DNA from: Candidatus Flemingiibacterium sp.
GTDB lineage: Bacteria; Bacillota; Clostridia; Oscillospirales; CAG-272
Assembly (NCBI GenBank): GCA_045587285.1
Contig: JAZNBZ010000182.1
Location: 1-53,438 of the forward strand
Direction: 5' to 3'
Length of the DNA: 53,438 nt
Shown: one piece after another, positions 13,158 through 22,489 of the stretch
Layout of the letters: every line of letters begins with the position of its first letter
How positions within the stretch are numbered: position 1 is the stretch's first letter
Position numbers and translations under genes: made by a program
The notes under the pieces: generated by a model
Seen by the model: the letters and a program-made list of their open reading frames with translations, nothing else
Databases searched by the model: none
What the model was told of the DNA's origin: nothing

Positions 13158-14132
13158 ATGAAAAACTTTATCACCGATCCCGCAACAGATTTTAATTTCG
13201 ATCCCCACGAATTCGTCCCCTTCAAGGACAAAAAGGTTTGCGAGTACGTTCGCAGCCTCAGCGGCAAGGAGCTCGAAAAGAGAGAGCCCTGGTGGCACCC
13301 GGAGTTTGAGGTCAAGGTTATGATGAACCCTCATCCCGTACTTATTTCCACCCTTTTCACCCGTCTCAAGGAGGCGTCCGAGCAGGGCAAGTCCTTCACG
13401 ATGATCCTCGGCAATCCCGAGCCCGATACGTACATTCCGCTCGCACAGCTCATCAACTACTTCAAGGTAGACTGCTCCAAGGTACACCTTGTAGCCGAGG
13501 ACGAGTGGGCAGACCAAGACGGAAATATCGCTCCCATTACATACAAGGCAGGCTTCGCTCACTCTATGATAAAATATCTCTGGGCACAGATAGACGAAAA
13601 GCTCCGTATGCCTATGGAGAACGTACACTACCCCACCAACGCAAACATCAAGGACTACAGTAAGATAATCGACGATATTACCGACGGCACCGGCGCTGAT
13701 ATCGCCTCCACCTCCCCCGGTTGGGCAGGTCATATGGCGTTCGTTGATCCTATTCCCGAGTTCATCGGCTCAGGTGATATCGAAGAATGGTTAAATCAGC
13801 CGGCACAGATAGTCAAGCTTCACCCGATGACCATTATGCAGAACTCGCTTAACGGTACCTTCGGTCAGTCCGGCGATATCGCAAACGTTCCTCCGTGTGC
13901 GGCTACCATCGGTCCGCTCGACGTTATGAGAGCCAAGGAGAGAATCGAAGTACACGCACTTGCTACCTGCGGCACCTTCTCCTCCTGGCAGAGAATGACG
14001 AGCCGTCTGTGTACGCACGGCCCGATCACCCCGTATCTCCCCAGCACTATGCTTCAGACCAAGAAAACGCAGGTCTACATTTCCGAAGAGCTTGCCGCTC
14101 CGTTTGAATGCTGGGAGAAGGTCGGCTATTAA
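13158..14132 (+). CDS. NagB/SugarP-isomerase-like protein (glucosamine-6-phosphate deaminase superfamily), unusually long
   Basis: 324 aa. Motif TSPGWAGHMAFVDP resembles the GxGxxGHxAFNEP motif of NagB. Confidence 0.6.
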   Translation: MKNFITDPATDFNFDPHEFVPFKDKKVCEYVRSLSGKELEKREPWWHPEFEVKVMMNPHPVLISTLFTRLKEASEQGKSFTMILGNPEPDTYIPLAQLINYFKVDCSKVHLVAEDEWADQDGNIAPITYKAGFAHSMIKYLWAQIDEKLRMPMENVHYPTNANIKDYSKIIDDITDGTGADIASTSPGWAGHMAFVDPIPEFIGSGDIEEWLNQPAQIVKLHPMTIMQNSLNGTFGQSGDIANVPPCAATIGPLDVMRAKERIEVHALATCGTFSSWQRMTSRLCTHGPITPYLPSTMLQTKKTQVYISEELAAPFECWEKVGY

Positions 14133-14288
14133 AATTACCGCGCCCTTTTACAGGTGTATTCGATTTTGCAAAAAGTCTGTCTGATTTTGCATTGAAAAAC
14201 AAATTTTAATCGTGTAAGATATACGTAGAGCGTCGCACGCTTTACGGCGCCAATACATTTTCGCTTTCAAAAGGAGGAGCCTTTAAAT

Positions 14289-15296
14289 ATGGAAATGAAG
14301 GTAGGAATTATAGGTCTCGTTATGGGTAAACGCCACATCGAGGGCCTCAAGGAAAGGAACGTTGAGATCGCTGCAATATGCGATATAAACGCCGAGCTGC
14401 TTGCAAATATCGGAGATGAATTCGACGTTCCCGAGGATCGCAGATACACCGATTGGAGGGAGCTGCTCAAGCTCGACGGTATGAACGCCGTCATTATCGT
14501 CACTCCCGACCAGACTCACAGAGAGATGTCCGAGGCGTTTCTTGCCGCAGGCAAGCACGTGCTTTGCGAAAAGCCCCTGGCACTCACGCGCGAGGATCTC
14601 TCCGCTATTATTAAAGCGGCAGAGGGCGCAAGCACGAAGTTTATGGTAGGTCAGGTGTGCCGATTCTGCCCCGCGTTTATGAAGGCAAAGGAGCTCGTTG
14701 ATAACGGTACTATCGGTGAGGTGTATTTCGTAGAATCCGAGTACGCTCACGACTATGCGAAGATACTTCACGCGTGGCGTGCTGATCCTCTTCGCCACGG
14801 AGTTGTCGGCGGCGGCTGTCACGCAGTTGACCTGCTTCGCTGGCTTGTAGGCGATCCCGAGGAGGTATTCGCTTACGGAAGCCACAAGCTTCTTCCGCAG
14901 GTTGCGTACGACGACGCCACCATATCCGTTCTGAAGTTCGGAAACGGCGTTATCGGCAAGGTATTCGTATCCACAGGCTGTAAGCGCCCGTACACTATGC
15001 GTACCCTCATCTACGGAACGAAGGGCACTATTATTTGTGATAACAAATCGCCCGCGCTCACGCTTTACACGCTCGGTCCGGACGGAATAGCGGTAAACCC
15101 CGAGCCCGAGATGATCCCCGTAGAGATCAAGGACCATAACGTAGGAAGCGAGTACGACGTATTTGCCGAGCACATTTTAAACGACACGCCGGTTGAAATG
15201 AGCGCTTACGAAGGCTCAAAGACTATCGCAACCTGCCTTGCTATCGTAGAATCCGCAAAAAGCGGCAAGCCCGTCGTTCCCGATTTCAGCTTCTGA
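14289..15296 (+). CDS. Gfo/Idh/MocA family NAD(P)-dependent oxidoreductase
   Basis: MKVGIIGLVMGKRH...VLCEKPLALT (EKP motif). Confidence 0.85.
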   Translation: MEMKVGIIGLVMGKRHIEGLKERNVEIAAICDINAELLANIGDEFDVPEDRRYTDWRELLKLDGMNAVIIVTPDQTHREMSEAFLAAGKHVLCEKPLALTREDLSAIIKAAEGASTKFMVGQVCRFCPAFMKAKELVDNGTIGEVYFVESEYAHDYAKILHAWRADPLRHGVVGGGCHAVDLLRWLVGDPEEVFAYGSHKLLPQVAYDDATISVLKFGNGVIGKVFVSTGCKRPYTMRTLIYGTKGTIICDNKSPALTLYTLGPDGIAVNPEPEMIPVEIKDHNVGSEYDVFAEHILNDTPVEMSAYEGSKTIATCLAIVESAKSGKPVVPDFSF

Positions 15297-15368
15297 AGTA
15301 CGAATACGGCAGTCAAAGGTCCACGCGAATTTTAAACGTCAGGCTGCATATTTTGTAGCCTAAATACG

Positions 15369-15415
15369 TTTCCCGCAATAGAAGGTCAAGTTCTCCGACC
15401 GACTATTGCGGGAAA
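15369..15415. terminator. Long hairpin (13-bp stem TTTCCCGCAATAG / CTATTGCGGGAAA)
   Basis: Lies downstream of the Gfo gene. The U-tract is weak, so function as a terminator is uncertain. Confidence 0.35.
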
Positions 15416-15417
15416 TA

Positions 15418-15563
15418 TATTGTGTCGCGACTGTTTTCCACGCCCGTGTGCGGCACTCCTGTCGGCGGTCCGCCTCGGGCTCGCTTGCGTATTTGTATAG
15501 ATACTCTGCATCATTCTCGTTCCACGCACGAAGAACGAGCCGCTCTGCTTCAAACGTAATTTT
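15418..15563 (-). pseudogene. N-terminal remnant of a RimJ/RimL-type GNAT acetyltransferase (no start codon, frameshift, truncated)
   Basis: The minus strand reads KITFEAERLVLRAWNENDAEYLYKYASEPE. After a 1-nt frame change it reads GGPPTGVPHTGVENSRDTI. This matches the common ...ERLxLRxWxxxDAExLYxYASDPEVGPxxGWPPH... N-terminus. The remnant ends in the hairpin. Confidence 0.45.
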
Positions 15564-15596
15564 AAGCCTGCGTTCCGCCGTGTATCACAGCCGACG

Positions 15597-16490
15597 TTAT
15601 ATATTTTTAAGATAAGACGTTGTTTCCTCTATTGAAGAAAGCTCCTCGTGCAGACATTCGAGGAACAGCCGCATCGAATCCGACATCGGACCCTGCCTTT
15701 TTAAATAGAACACGTACTGATCCGGCGGCGGATTATAGAGCGCGCTTATGATAACGTCTTTTCTGTGCAATCGGTGCGCGATCGTGCTTGGCATAAAACA
15801 CCAATACTCTCCGTTTATAAGGCTCTCCATAAGTCCCATACTGCCGACTAAAATATGCGGTCTTGATTCAAGTGGAACGGCGTTTATTCTCCAGTTATCG
15901 TAGTCCGGGAACCACGGTATCTGTATCTCGTTTTCAGGCAGCAGCGTCGTCATATCAACCACCGACGGCAAGCCGCTCTCACTTCCCGACACACACACCA
16001 TTTTCGTGCGGTATGCAGGTGAGGTTTCAAGCGTGTCCCCGTAAACGTCGGGGCTTATAAATGCAAGGTCTGCCGTGCCGTCCTCGACGCTTTTGTATCC
16101 ATCCTCTGAATGGCCGTTCAGCACGCTAAGCGACGAGCGATTCTCTTTTTCAAGATACGAGCGGATAACGTTCGGGAAAATATAGTTTGAAACGCTGCTT
16201 ACCGATACCACGCGAAGCGTATCCTGCTTCATTTGCTCGGGAATAGTTTGCGCCCTCATCCAAAGCTGTTGACTCTTTCTCGCTATCGGGATAAACGCCT
16301 TGCCCTCGTCGGTAAGCATTAAATAATGTCCGCCCTTTTTTCGGTGTATCAAAGAGTACCCGAGCTTTTCTTCAAGCGAGCGCAAGCGGTTACTGAGCGC
16401 AGGTTGGGATATGTACAGCTTCTCTGCCGCTAAAGATATGCTTTTACAGTTGACGATCATCAAAAACGCCATAATTTCTTCTTGATTCAT
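15597..16490 (-). CDS. LysR family transcriptional regulator
   Basis: N-terminus FLMIVNCKSISLAAEKLYISQPALSNRLRSLEEKLG is a LysR HTH. 297 aa. Confidence 0.9.
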   Translation of the reverse strand: MNQEEIMAFLMIVNCKSISLAAEKLYISQPALSNRLRSLEEKLGYSLIHRKKGGHYLMLTDEGKAFIPIARKSQQLWMRAQTIPEQMKQDTLRVVSVSSVSNYIFPNVIRSYLEKENRSSLSVLNGHSEDGYKSVEDGTADLAFISPDVYGDTLETSPAYRTKMVCVSGSESGLPSVVDMTTLLPENEIQIPWFPDYDNWRINAVPLESRPHILVGSMGLMESLINGEYWCFMPSTIAHRLHRKDVIISALYNPPPDQYVFYLKRQGPMSDSMRLFLECLHEELSSIEETTSYLKNI

Positions 16491-16543
16491 AACAGTCGCC
16501 CTTCTTATAAGGTTTTATTATAGGATACAGCAAAAATATGTAT

Positions 16544-16572
16544 TTTACAATAGCAAATTATTGCTGTATAAT
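16544..16572 (+). promoter_or_regulatory. Promoter TTTACA-17-TATAAT with overlapping GCAA-N4-TTGC dyad (possible LysR box)
   Basis: -35 at 16544-16549, -10 at 16567-16572, dyad at 16553-16564. Confidence 0.4.
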
Positions 16573-16684
16573 GAATTTAGGCCACAAGGTCTAAAAAATC
16601 CACCGTTAAGAAGGGAGAATGTTCTGCACCTCATCTTAAAAGAAAAGCATATAGGCTTTTGGGTGTCAGAACTCAAAGCAAAAA

Positions 16685-17749
16685 ATGAACAAACACGCTA
16701 TTACGTACCGCAATTTATCGCAGGAGGACCTTATAAAAAGCGGCGCTTTCAGCCTTCCTATGGCTATTGAGGCCCTAAAGCGCAGTCTTATTCAGTTCCG
16801 TGACGGCGATATTCTCTTCCCCGAAAAGATCGTTCAGGTTTTTAACGAGGAGACTAACGAGAGAATAAACTGCCTGCCCGCAACACTACTTCCCGAAAAG
16901 CTCTGCGGCGTTAAGTGGGTATCCGTATTTCCGCCGAACCCCGCACGCTTCGGCACGCAGAACCTTTCCGCTATCATCACCCTCTCGAGCATAGAAAACG
17001 GCTATCCCGTTTGCGTTATGGACGGCACCCTCTGCTCTAATATGCGAGTAGCCGCTGTGGGCGCACTTGCGGCTGACCTTCTCGCAAAGAAGAACGTAGA
17101 GAGCATCGGCTTTATCGGCGCAGGCGAGCAGGCGAAGATGCATCTTCTCGGTATGAAGTGCGTTCGCCCAAATCTCAAGATCTGCCGTGTTGCCGCTAAG
17201 ACCGCGGAGGATGAGAGAGTATTTGTAGAAAGCTTAAAGCCGCTTCTTCCCGATATGGAGTTCGTTGCTTGCAACACCGTACTCGAGGACGCTATCCGCG
17301 ACTCCGACGTCATCGTTACCGCGACGAGCGCACAGGCACCGCTCCTCAAGCCCGAATGGATCAAGAAGGGCGCGTTCTACAGCCACGTCGGCGGTTACGA
17401 GTGCGACTACCGCGTTATCACTATGGCAGACAAGCTCGTTTGCGACGACTGGAGCGTTGTAAAGCACAGACTTTCCACCATCACACGCGTATACAAGGAA
17501 GGTCTTATCACCGACGGCGATATCAGCGGAAATCTCGTTGAAATACTCGACGGCAGCCGTCCCGCACGCGAGAGCGACGATGAGTTTATCGTATTCTCTG
17601 CGGCAGGTCTTTCCTACGTTGATATAGCTATCGCTCACGATATGTTCCGTCGTGCAGAGGCAAAAAATGCCGGTAAGATGGTTCCGCTTCAGGAAAAAAT
17701 GATATTTGAGCACGAGTGCCTCGCAGATTACGTGGAAATATGCAAATAA
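16685..17749 (+). CDS. Ornithine cyclodeaminase/mu-crystallin family protein
   Basis: 354 aa with Rossmann motif IGFIGAGEQAKMHL and family-typical N-terminus. Confidence 0.75.
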   Translation: MNKHAITYRNLSQEDLIKSGAFSLPMAIEALKRSLIQFRDGDILFPEKIVQVFNEETNERINCLPATLLPEKLCGVKWVSVFPPNPARFGTQNLSAIITLSSIENGYPVCVMDGTLCSNMRVAAVGALAADLLAKKNVESIGFIGAGEQAKMHLLGMKCVRPNLKICRVAAKTAEDERVFVESLKPLLPDMEFVACNTVLEDAIRDSDVIVTATSAQAPLLKPEWIKKGAFYSHVGGYECDYRVITMADKLVCDDWSVVKHRLSTITRVYKEGLITDGDISGNLVEILDGSRPARESDDEFIVFSAAGLSYVDIAIAHDMFRRAEAKNAGKMVPLQEKMIFEHECLADYVEICK

Positions 17750-17780
17750 ACTATATTACCCAAAGGGAGTTGTTACGTAT

Positions 17781-18656
17781 ATGGATTTTCGTATTGCTAT
17801 GATTTTGCACAAGCCGTACGATGAAATGATCGCAGGCTTTTTGCCGAATTTGCTTAACTATTATAAGCATCCCGAGGAGTATACTCTCGAGCCGTTTAAG
17901 ATTTTCGGCAATCTCTACTACGTCGGCGACAGACAGGTGTGCTGTCATCTCATCGACACGGGTGACGGGCTTATACTTTTTGACAGCGGCTATGCGCACA
18001 CGGCGCACTTGTTGGTGCGTAGTATCCGAAAGCTCGGCTTTGATCCGGCGGATATTAAGATAATCATTCATTCGCACGAGCATTTTGACCATTTCGGTGC
18101 AAGTCAGCGTCTAAAAGAGCTTTACGGCTGTAAGGTCTATATGGGCAAGGCAGGTGTTGAACGCTTGAAGGCAAATCCCGAAGCGGCGCTTATGCATTTA
18201 AGCCCCGAGCCGTACGGTCCGATACCCGAAACGGACGTATCCATAGACGACGGGGATATTATAACGCTCGGCAACACGAGCATCCGCTGTGTGAATGCAC
18301 CCGGACACGCAGAGGGCGTTATGGCATTCTTCTTTGACGTAACCGAGGGAGCTGACACCAAGCGTGTCGGATATTGGGGCGGTGTCGGATTTTTAACGAT
18401 ACACAGAGCGCATCTGATAAAATACGGCTTGCCGCTCGATATGGCAAAGAAGCTCGGCGCGACGATACAAAGGCTTCGGGGCGAATACGCAGACGTCACC
18501 ATAGGCAATCACCCTGCAAACAACAAAACCGTTGAACGAGCGCTTTATATGCACGAAAACCCGTCCGAGAATCCCTTTCTCGACGCATCGGTATGGGAAG
18601 AACAGCTTGACATTATGCAGGTAAAGCTCGACGATTTCATAGCGAAGAATTATTAA
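17781..18656 (+). CDS. MBL-fold metallo-hydrolase
   Basis: HSHEHFDHFG (HxHxDH). Start at the ATG 17781 after AAGGGAG. Confidence 0.8.
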   Translation: MDFRIAMILHKPYDEMIAGFLPNLLNYYKHPEEYTLEPFKIFGNLYYVGDRQVCCHLIDTGDGLILFDSGYAHTAHLLVRSIRKLGFDPADIKIIIHSHEHFDHFGASQRLKELYGCKVYMGKAGVERLKANPEAALMHLSPEPYGPIPETDVSIDDGDIITLGNTSIRCVNAPGHAEGVMAFFFDVTEGADTKRVGYWGGVGFLTIHRAHLIKYGLPLDMAKKLGATIQRLRGEYADVTIGNHPANNKTVERALYMHENPSENPFLDASVWEEQLDIMQVKLDDFIAKNY

Positions 18657-18689
18657 ATATAAAAGGACGAGATATTCTCGTCCTTTTTC

Positions 18690-19274
18690 TTATTCTATAT
18701 TTTCCACAGCCGCCGAAAGTGCCTTGACTATAGCATCAAGCTCCATTGACGGCTCCTTTTTTTGCTCGGTACAGTACGGTATGTGTATAAATCCCACTCG
18801 CGTTTGGGTGCCATTATATCTCGCCAAAAGCGTATAGAGCACGTCGTTACAGACGTACGCACCGGCAGTGTACGACACCTTAGAGGGCACTCCTGCGGCG
18901 GTTATAGCGTCCGCCATCTTACGCACGGGCAGAGTCGAAAAGTAGGCTGTATCACCACCCACAACTATCGGCTCGTCATTCGGCTGATTTCCGCTGTTAT
19001 CGGGAATAGAAGCGTGACGAAGATTTATTCCCACAAGCTCGGGCGTTACGGCGTTTCTGCCGCCCGCCTGACCGATGCAAAGAATAACGTCGGGGCATAT
19101 TTCCTCCGCAGACTTTATCACAAGGTCCGCCGCCTCGCCAAACACCACCGGTATGCGGCGCTTCGTTAATTCATATCCGTTTATCACCGCGGGCAAGCGG
19201 GCTACCGCCTCCCAGGACGGGTTTATCGCCTCGCCGCCGAACGGCTCAAATCCCGTTATCAAAAGTTTCTTCAT
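18690..19274 (-). CDS. pcp: Pyroglutamyl-peptidase I
   Basis: MKKLLITGFEPFGGEAINPSWEAV...LCIGQAGGR...FIHIPY is the canonical Pcp signature. Confidence 0.9.
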   Translation of the reverse strand: MKKLLITGFEPFGGEAINPSWEAVARLPAVINGYELTKRRIPVVFGEAADLVIKSAEEICPDVILCIGQAGGRNAVTPELVGINLRHASIPDNSGNQPNDEPIVVGGDTAYFSTLPVRKMADAITAAGVPSKVSYTAGAYVCNDVLYTLLARYNGTQTRVGFIHIPYCTEQKKEPSMELDAIVKALSAAVENIE

Positions 19275-19302
19275 AAGCTCCTCTTTCGGTCAATATTCAG
19301 GC

Positions 19303-19632
19303 TTAAAATATTCCCTTGTTATATTTCTTCATCGCCCCAAATGCTATTATAATACCTACAGCCAATCCGATACCCATTATAACAATACCGACAAATGTAA
19401 GCGCGGTAATATCCGTGAGTATCGCCACAGCGGTGAGCACAGCGTTCACTATAAGCGAAACGCCTATGATGATCGTGCCAAGCCCGACCGCTTTGCCAAA
19501 CGGCAGTCTGTCCTCCTCGCTTACACGCTCTCTGTGATAGGAATGAAGCGAGTTAATATTTCCCTTTCGGTTGGAAATTCCAAGGACAATGCAAACAACA
19601 CCAACAATTGCAGTAACGATAGGTCCTATCAT
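19303..19632 (-). CDS. Small multi-pass membrane protein (DUF3784-like)
   Basis: 109 aa with three hydrophobic segments and the loop NSLHSYHRERVSEEDRLPFGK. Confidence 0.55.
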   Translation of the reverse strand: MIGPIVTAIVGVVCIVLGISNRKGNINSLHSYHRERVSEEDRLPFGKAVGLGTIIIGVSLIVNAVLTAVAILTDITALTFVGIVIMGIGLAVGIIIAFGAMKKYNKGIF

Positions 19633-19758
19633 AACATCTCTCCTTTTTCCACGGCTGTGATTTAATTATACCACAGTTTTTTCAAAATGACAACACCCAA
19701 GCATAATGACGCATTAAATTGCATAAACTGTTTTACAAAATCTTTTGCAGGTGAATTT

Positions 19759-20283
19759 ATGAATAAATCTATCAACCCCTCCCAATTGCTCGGCTTTGCG
19801 GTAACGTCGCTCGTTGGTACGATACTCCATTTTTTGTACGATTGGCTCGGCGGTGCTTTATGGATAGCGCCGTTTTCGGGGGTGAACGAATCGACGTGGG
19901 AGCATATGAAGCTCCTCTTTTGGCCGATGCTTTTGTATGCGCTCGCGCAAAGCTTCTTCTTTCGAGAGAGGAAGGATTTTTGGTGCGTTAAGCTTAAGGG
20001 AACGCTTCTCGGACTTGTGCTTATCCCCGTGATATTCTACACCTACAACGGCGTTATCGGAAAGTCGCCCGATTGGATCAACATCGCCATTTTCTTTATT
20101 TCGGCGGCGGTAGCGTACATCTACGAAACACGGCAGTTTAACTCGGAAAAGCCCTGCCGCATACCGTCAAAATTTGCGCTCGGCGCACTCGTCCTTATTG
20201 CCGCTTTGTTCGCGCTATTTACCTTTGTGACACCCGAAATCGGCATCTTCCGCGATCCGCTCACGGGTACCTACGGAATATAA
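19759..20283 (+). CDS. Membrane protein (DUF6512-like)
   Basis: ...GTILHFLYDWLGG...SGVNESTWEHMKLLFWPMLL... ATG at 19759 after AGGTG. Confidence 0.55.
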   Translation: MNKSINPSQLLGFAVTSLVGTILHFLYDWLGGALWIAPFSGVNESTWEHMKLLFWPMLLYALAQSFFFRERKDFWCVKLKGTLLGLVLIPVIFYTYNGVIGKSPDWINIAIFFISAAVAYIYETRQFNSEKPCRIPSKFALGALVLIAALFALFTFVTPEIGIFRDPLTGTYGI

Positions 20284-20316
20284 AAGGTGCTGACCGAAAC
20301 GGTCAGCACTTCTCTT

Positions 20317-21339
20317 TTAATCAACGTCCTCAAGCTCGTGACGGATGTCATCGATCGGATAAGCGTTGCTCCACGCAGCCTTACCGTTCTTGTCAAACAC
20401 GGTGAATCGTATGTACTTCATCAGCGGATGAAGCTTGAACGATGCGCCGTCAAGAGCCTCGTCGCCCTTTGCGTGTACGCCGCCGTTGAAGGTCGTGCCC
20501 GTGTTGAGGAATATCGACTGCGCGTTCTCACAAGTGATGTGTGCGTATCCGTCCTCGTACCAAACGTCGTTTATAACCGCACCGCTTGACGAATAAAAAT
20601 CTCCGCGCTTGAGTGCATCTATAACCGTTGTATACTCAAGCTTGTCCGCTTTTACCATAACAAATCCGCCGAATCTGTCCTCTTCCACATGGTTATCGTC
20701 GGTAGCTACGCAGTAAATAAGATTACCCGACTTGCAAATATCGTCGTACACCTGCGGAGCATATCCGCGGTTACCGAAATACTCGGAGCCGTAATTGAGT
20801 ATCTCCATTGCGTGCATACCCTTATACTTGGTATATACAGTATAGTTCTCCTGCGAATATCCCGGGTGATTGTAGAACACGAAGAAGCCCGCCTCGCGCG
20901 CTCTCGTCATCATATCGCTGATGCATTCGGGGCTGTAGTAACGCTCGTACGGCTCCTCGTTCTCATCGCGCATAGCCTTATCGAAATACGCGTGGCTTCT
21001 CGTATACGCCACGTACTTTTCCTGATACATAATAAGCTTGGCATCGGGTGGGGGCGCGATCATATTGAACTCGCCTGATGAGCGCGAGCCTCTCGGTGCC
21101 TGATACGGCTGCATGGAGATATTGTATTCAACTCCGTTGAGCACGAGAAAATCCGGCTCCGAAAGGTGCGTGTTATCTATCATTATGTTGTGGTCGGTAA
21201 AAGCGAGAACAGAATAACCCTCCGCCTTATACGCCTCCTTTACGTCCTCGGGCGTAAAAACACCGTCGGAAACACACGTATGGCAGTGGAGGTTGGCTTT
21301 ATAGAAGGTACCCTTTTGAGGAAGAAAATGCTTTTTCAT
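20317..21339 (-). CDS. PHP-domain metal-dependent phosphoesterase, paralogue 2
   Basis: MKKHFLPQKGTFYKANLHCHTCVSDG...AFTDHN (PHP motifs). Start at the ATG 21339, 8 nt after AAGGAG. Confidence 0.8.
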   Translation of the reverse strand: MKKHFLPQKGTFYKANLHCHTCVSDGVFTPEDVKEAYKAEGYSVLAFTDHNIMIDNTHLSEPDFLVLNGVEYNISMQPYQAPRGSRSSGEFNMIAPPPDAKLIMYQEKYVAYTRSHAYFDKAMRDENEEPYERYYSPECISDMMTRAREAGFFVFYNHPGYSQENYTVYTKYKGMHAMEILNYGSEYFGNRGYAPQVYDDICKSGNLIYCVATDDNHVEEDRFGGFVMVKADKLEYTTVIDALKRGDFYSSSGAVINDVWYEDGYAHITCENAQSIFLNTGTTFNGGVHAKGDEALDGASFKLHPLMKYIRFTVFDKNGKAAWSNAYPIDDIRHELEDVD

Positions 21340-21344
21340 AGTCA

Positions 21345-22358
21345 TTACTCCTTTATCTCATCGAGGAACTCTTTTATCGGATAAGCGTTGCTCCATGCGT
21401 AATTGCCGTTCTTGTCCACAACAGTAAAGCGAACGTACTTCATCAGCGGATGAAGCTTAAACGACGCCTCGGCAAGCGCCTCACCGCCCTTTGCGTGTGC
21501 GTGACCGCCGAAGGTCGTGCCTGTATTAATATAAATAGAGCGTGCATTCTCGCAGGTAATGTGCACGTGTCCGTCCTCGTACCACATATCGTTGATAACC
21601 GCGCCGCTTGACGAATAGAAGTTACCTGCCTTGAGCGCGTCAACAACGGTCGTATACTCAAGCTTGTCAGCCTTAACCATTACGTATCCGCCGTACGCAC
21701 CGACCTCGGAATGAGCGTCGTCGGTTGCGACGCAGTAGATGACGTTACCCGTCTTGCAAATGTCGTCGTAAACGCCGGGAGCATAGCCGAGGTTGCCGAA
21801 ATATTCTCCGCCGTAGTTTAGTATCTCCATTGCGTGCATACTCTTGTATTTGCTGTAAACGAGATAATTCTCCTGCGATCCGAGCGGATGGTTGTAGGAT
21901 ACGAAATAGCCAGCCTCGCGGGCAATTCGCATCATTTCGTTAGCGCATTCGGGGCTGTAATAGCGCTCGAACGGCTCCTCATTTTCGTCCTTCATAACAC
22001 GCGCCATATAATCGGGCGTGGTATACTTTGCATACTTTTCCTGGAAGCAAACGAGCTTTGTGTCGGGAGTCGGCGCGATGAAGTTAAACTCTGCAGAGCA
22101 CCTCGAGCCGCGCGGTGCCTGATACGGCTGCATATTGATGTTATATTCAACACCGTTAAGTACAACGAAATCGTCCTCAATAAGGTGCGAGTTGTCAATC
22201 ATTACGTTATGGTCGGTAATTGCGAGAATAGAATATCCGCGGTCCTTATAATGCTGTTTTGTTACCTCGGCTGTGTACGCTCCGTCGGAGGCTTTTGTGT
22301 GACAATGGAGATTTGCCTTATAGAATGTTCCCGTTTCGGGGAGAAAATGCTTTTTCAT
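21345..22358 (-). CDS. PHP-domain metal-dependent phosphoesterase, paralogue 1
   Basis: MKKHFLPETGTFYKANLHCHTKASDG...AITDHN. Collinear and highly similar to the downstream copy. Confidence 0.8.
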   Translation of the reverse strand: MKKHFLPETGTFYKANLHCHTKASDGAYTAEVTKQHYKDRGYSILAITDHNVMIDNSHLIEDDFVVLNGVEYNINMQPYQAPRGSRCSAEFNFIAPTPDTKLVCFQEKYAKYTTPDYMARVMKDENEEPFERYYSPECANEMMRIAREAGYFVSYNHPLGSQENYLVYSKYKSMHAMEILNYGGEYFGNLGYAPGVYDDICKTGNVIYCVATDDAHSEVGAYGGYVMVKADKLEYTTVVDALKAGNFYSSSGAVINDMWYEDGHVHITCENARSIYINTGTTFGGHAHAKGGEALAEASFKLHPLMKYVRFTVVDKNGNYAWSNAYPIKEFLDEIKE

Positions 22359-22489
22359 CTTGCCGCTCCTTTAAGTAAAAATCTTGCAACTGTTTTGCAT
22401 TTACTCGACACAGCCATTATAGCAATATTTCCACCCTTTGTCAACCGCAAAGCTGATGTTTTTTGTATTTATATCTGATTTTTTAAAAT

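Noticed and set aside
14283-15173. A 296-aa minus-strand ORF, and similar shadows at 13107-13733, 9943-10491, 17234-17713, 28450-29109 and 30887-31516
   Set aside because: Each lies entirely antisense within a gene that has clear family motifs. None has an RBS or recognisable domains.
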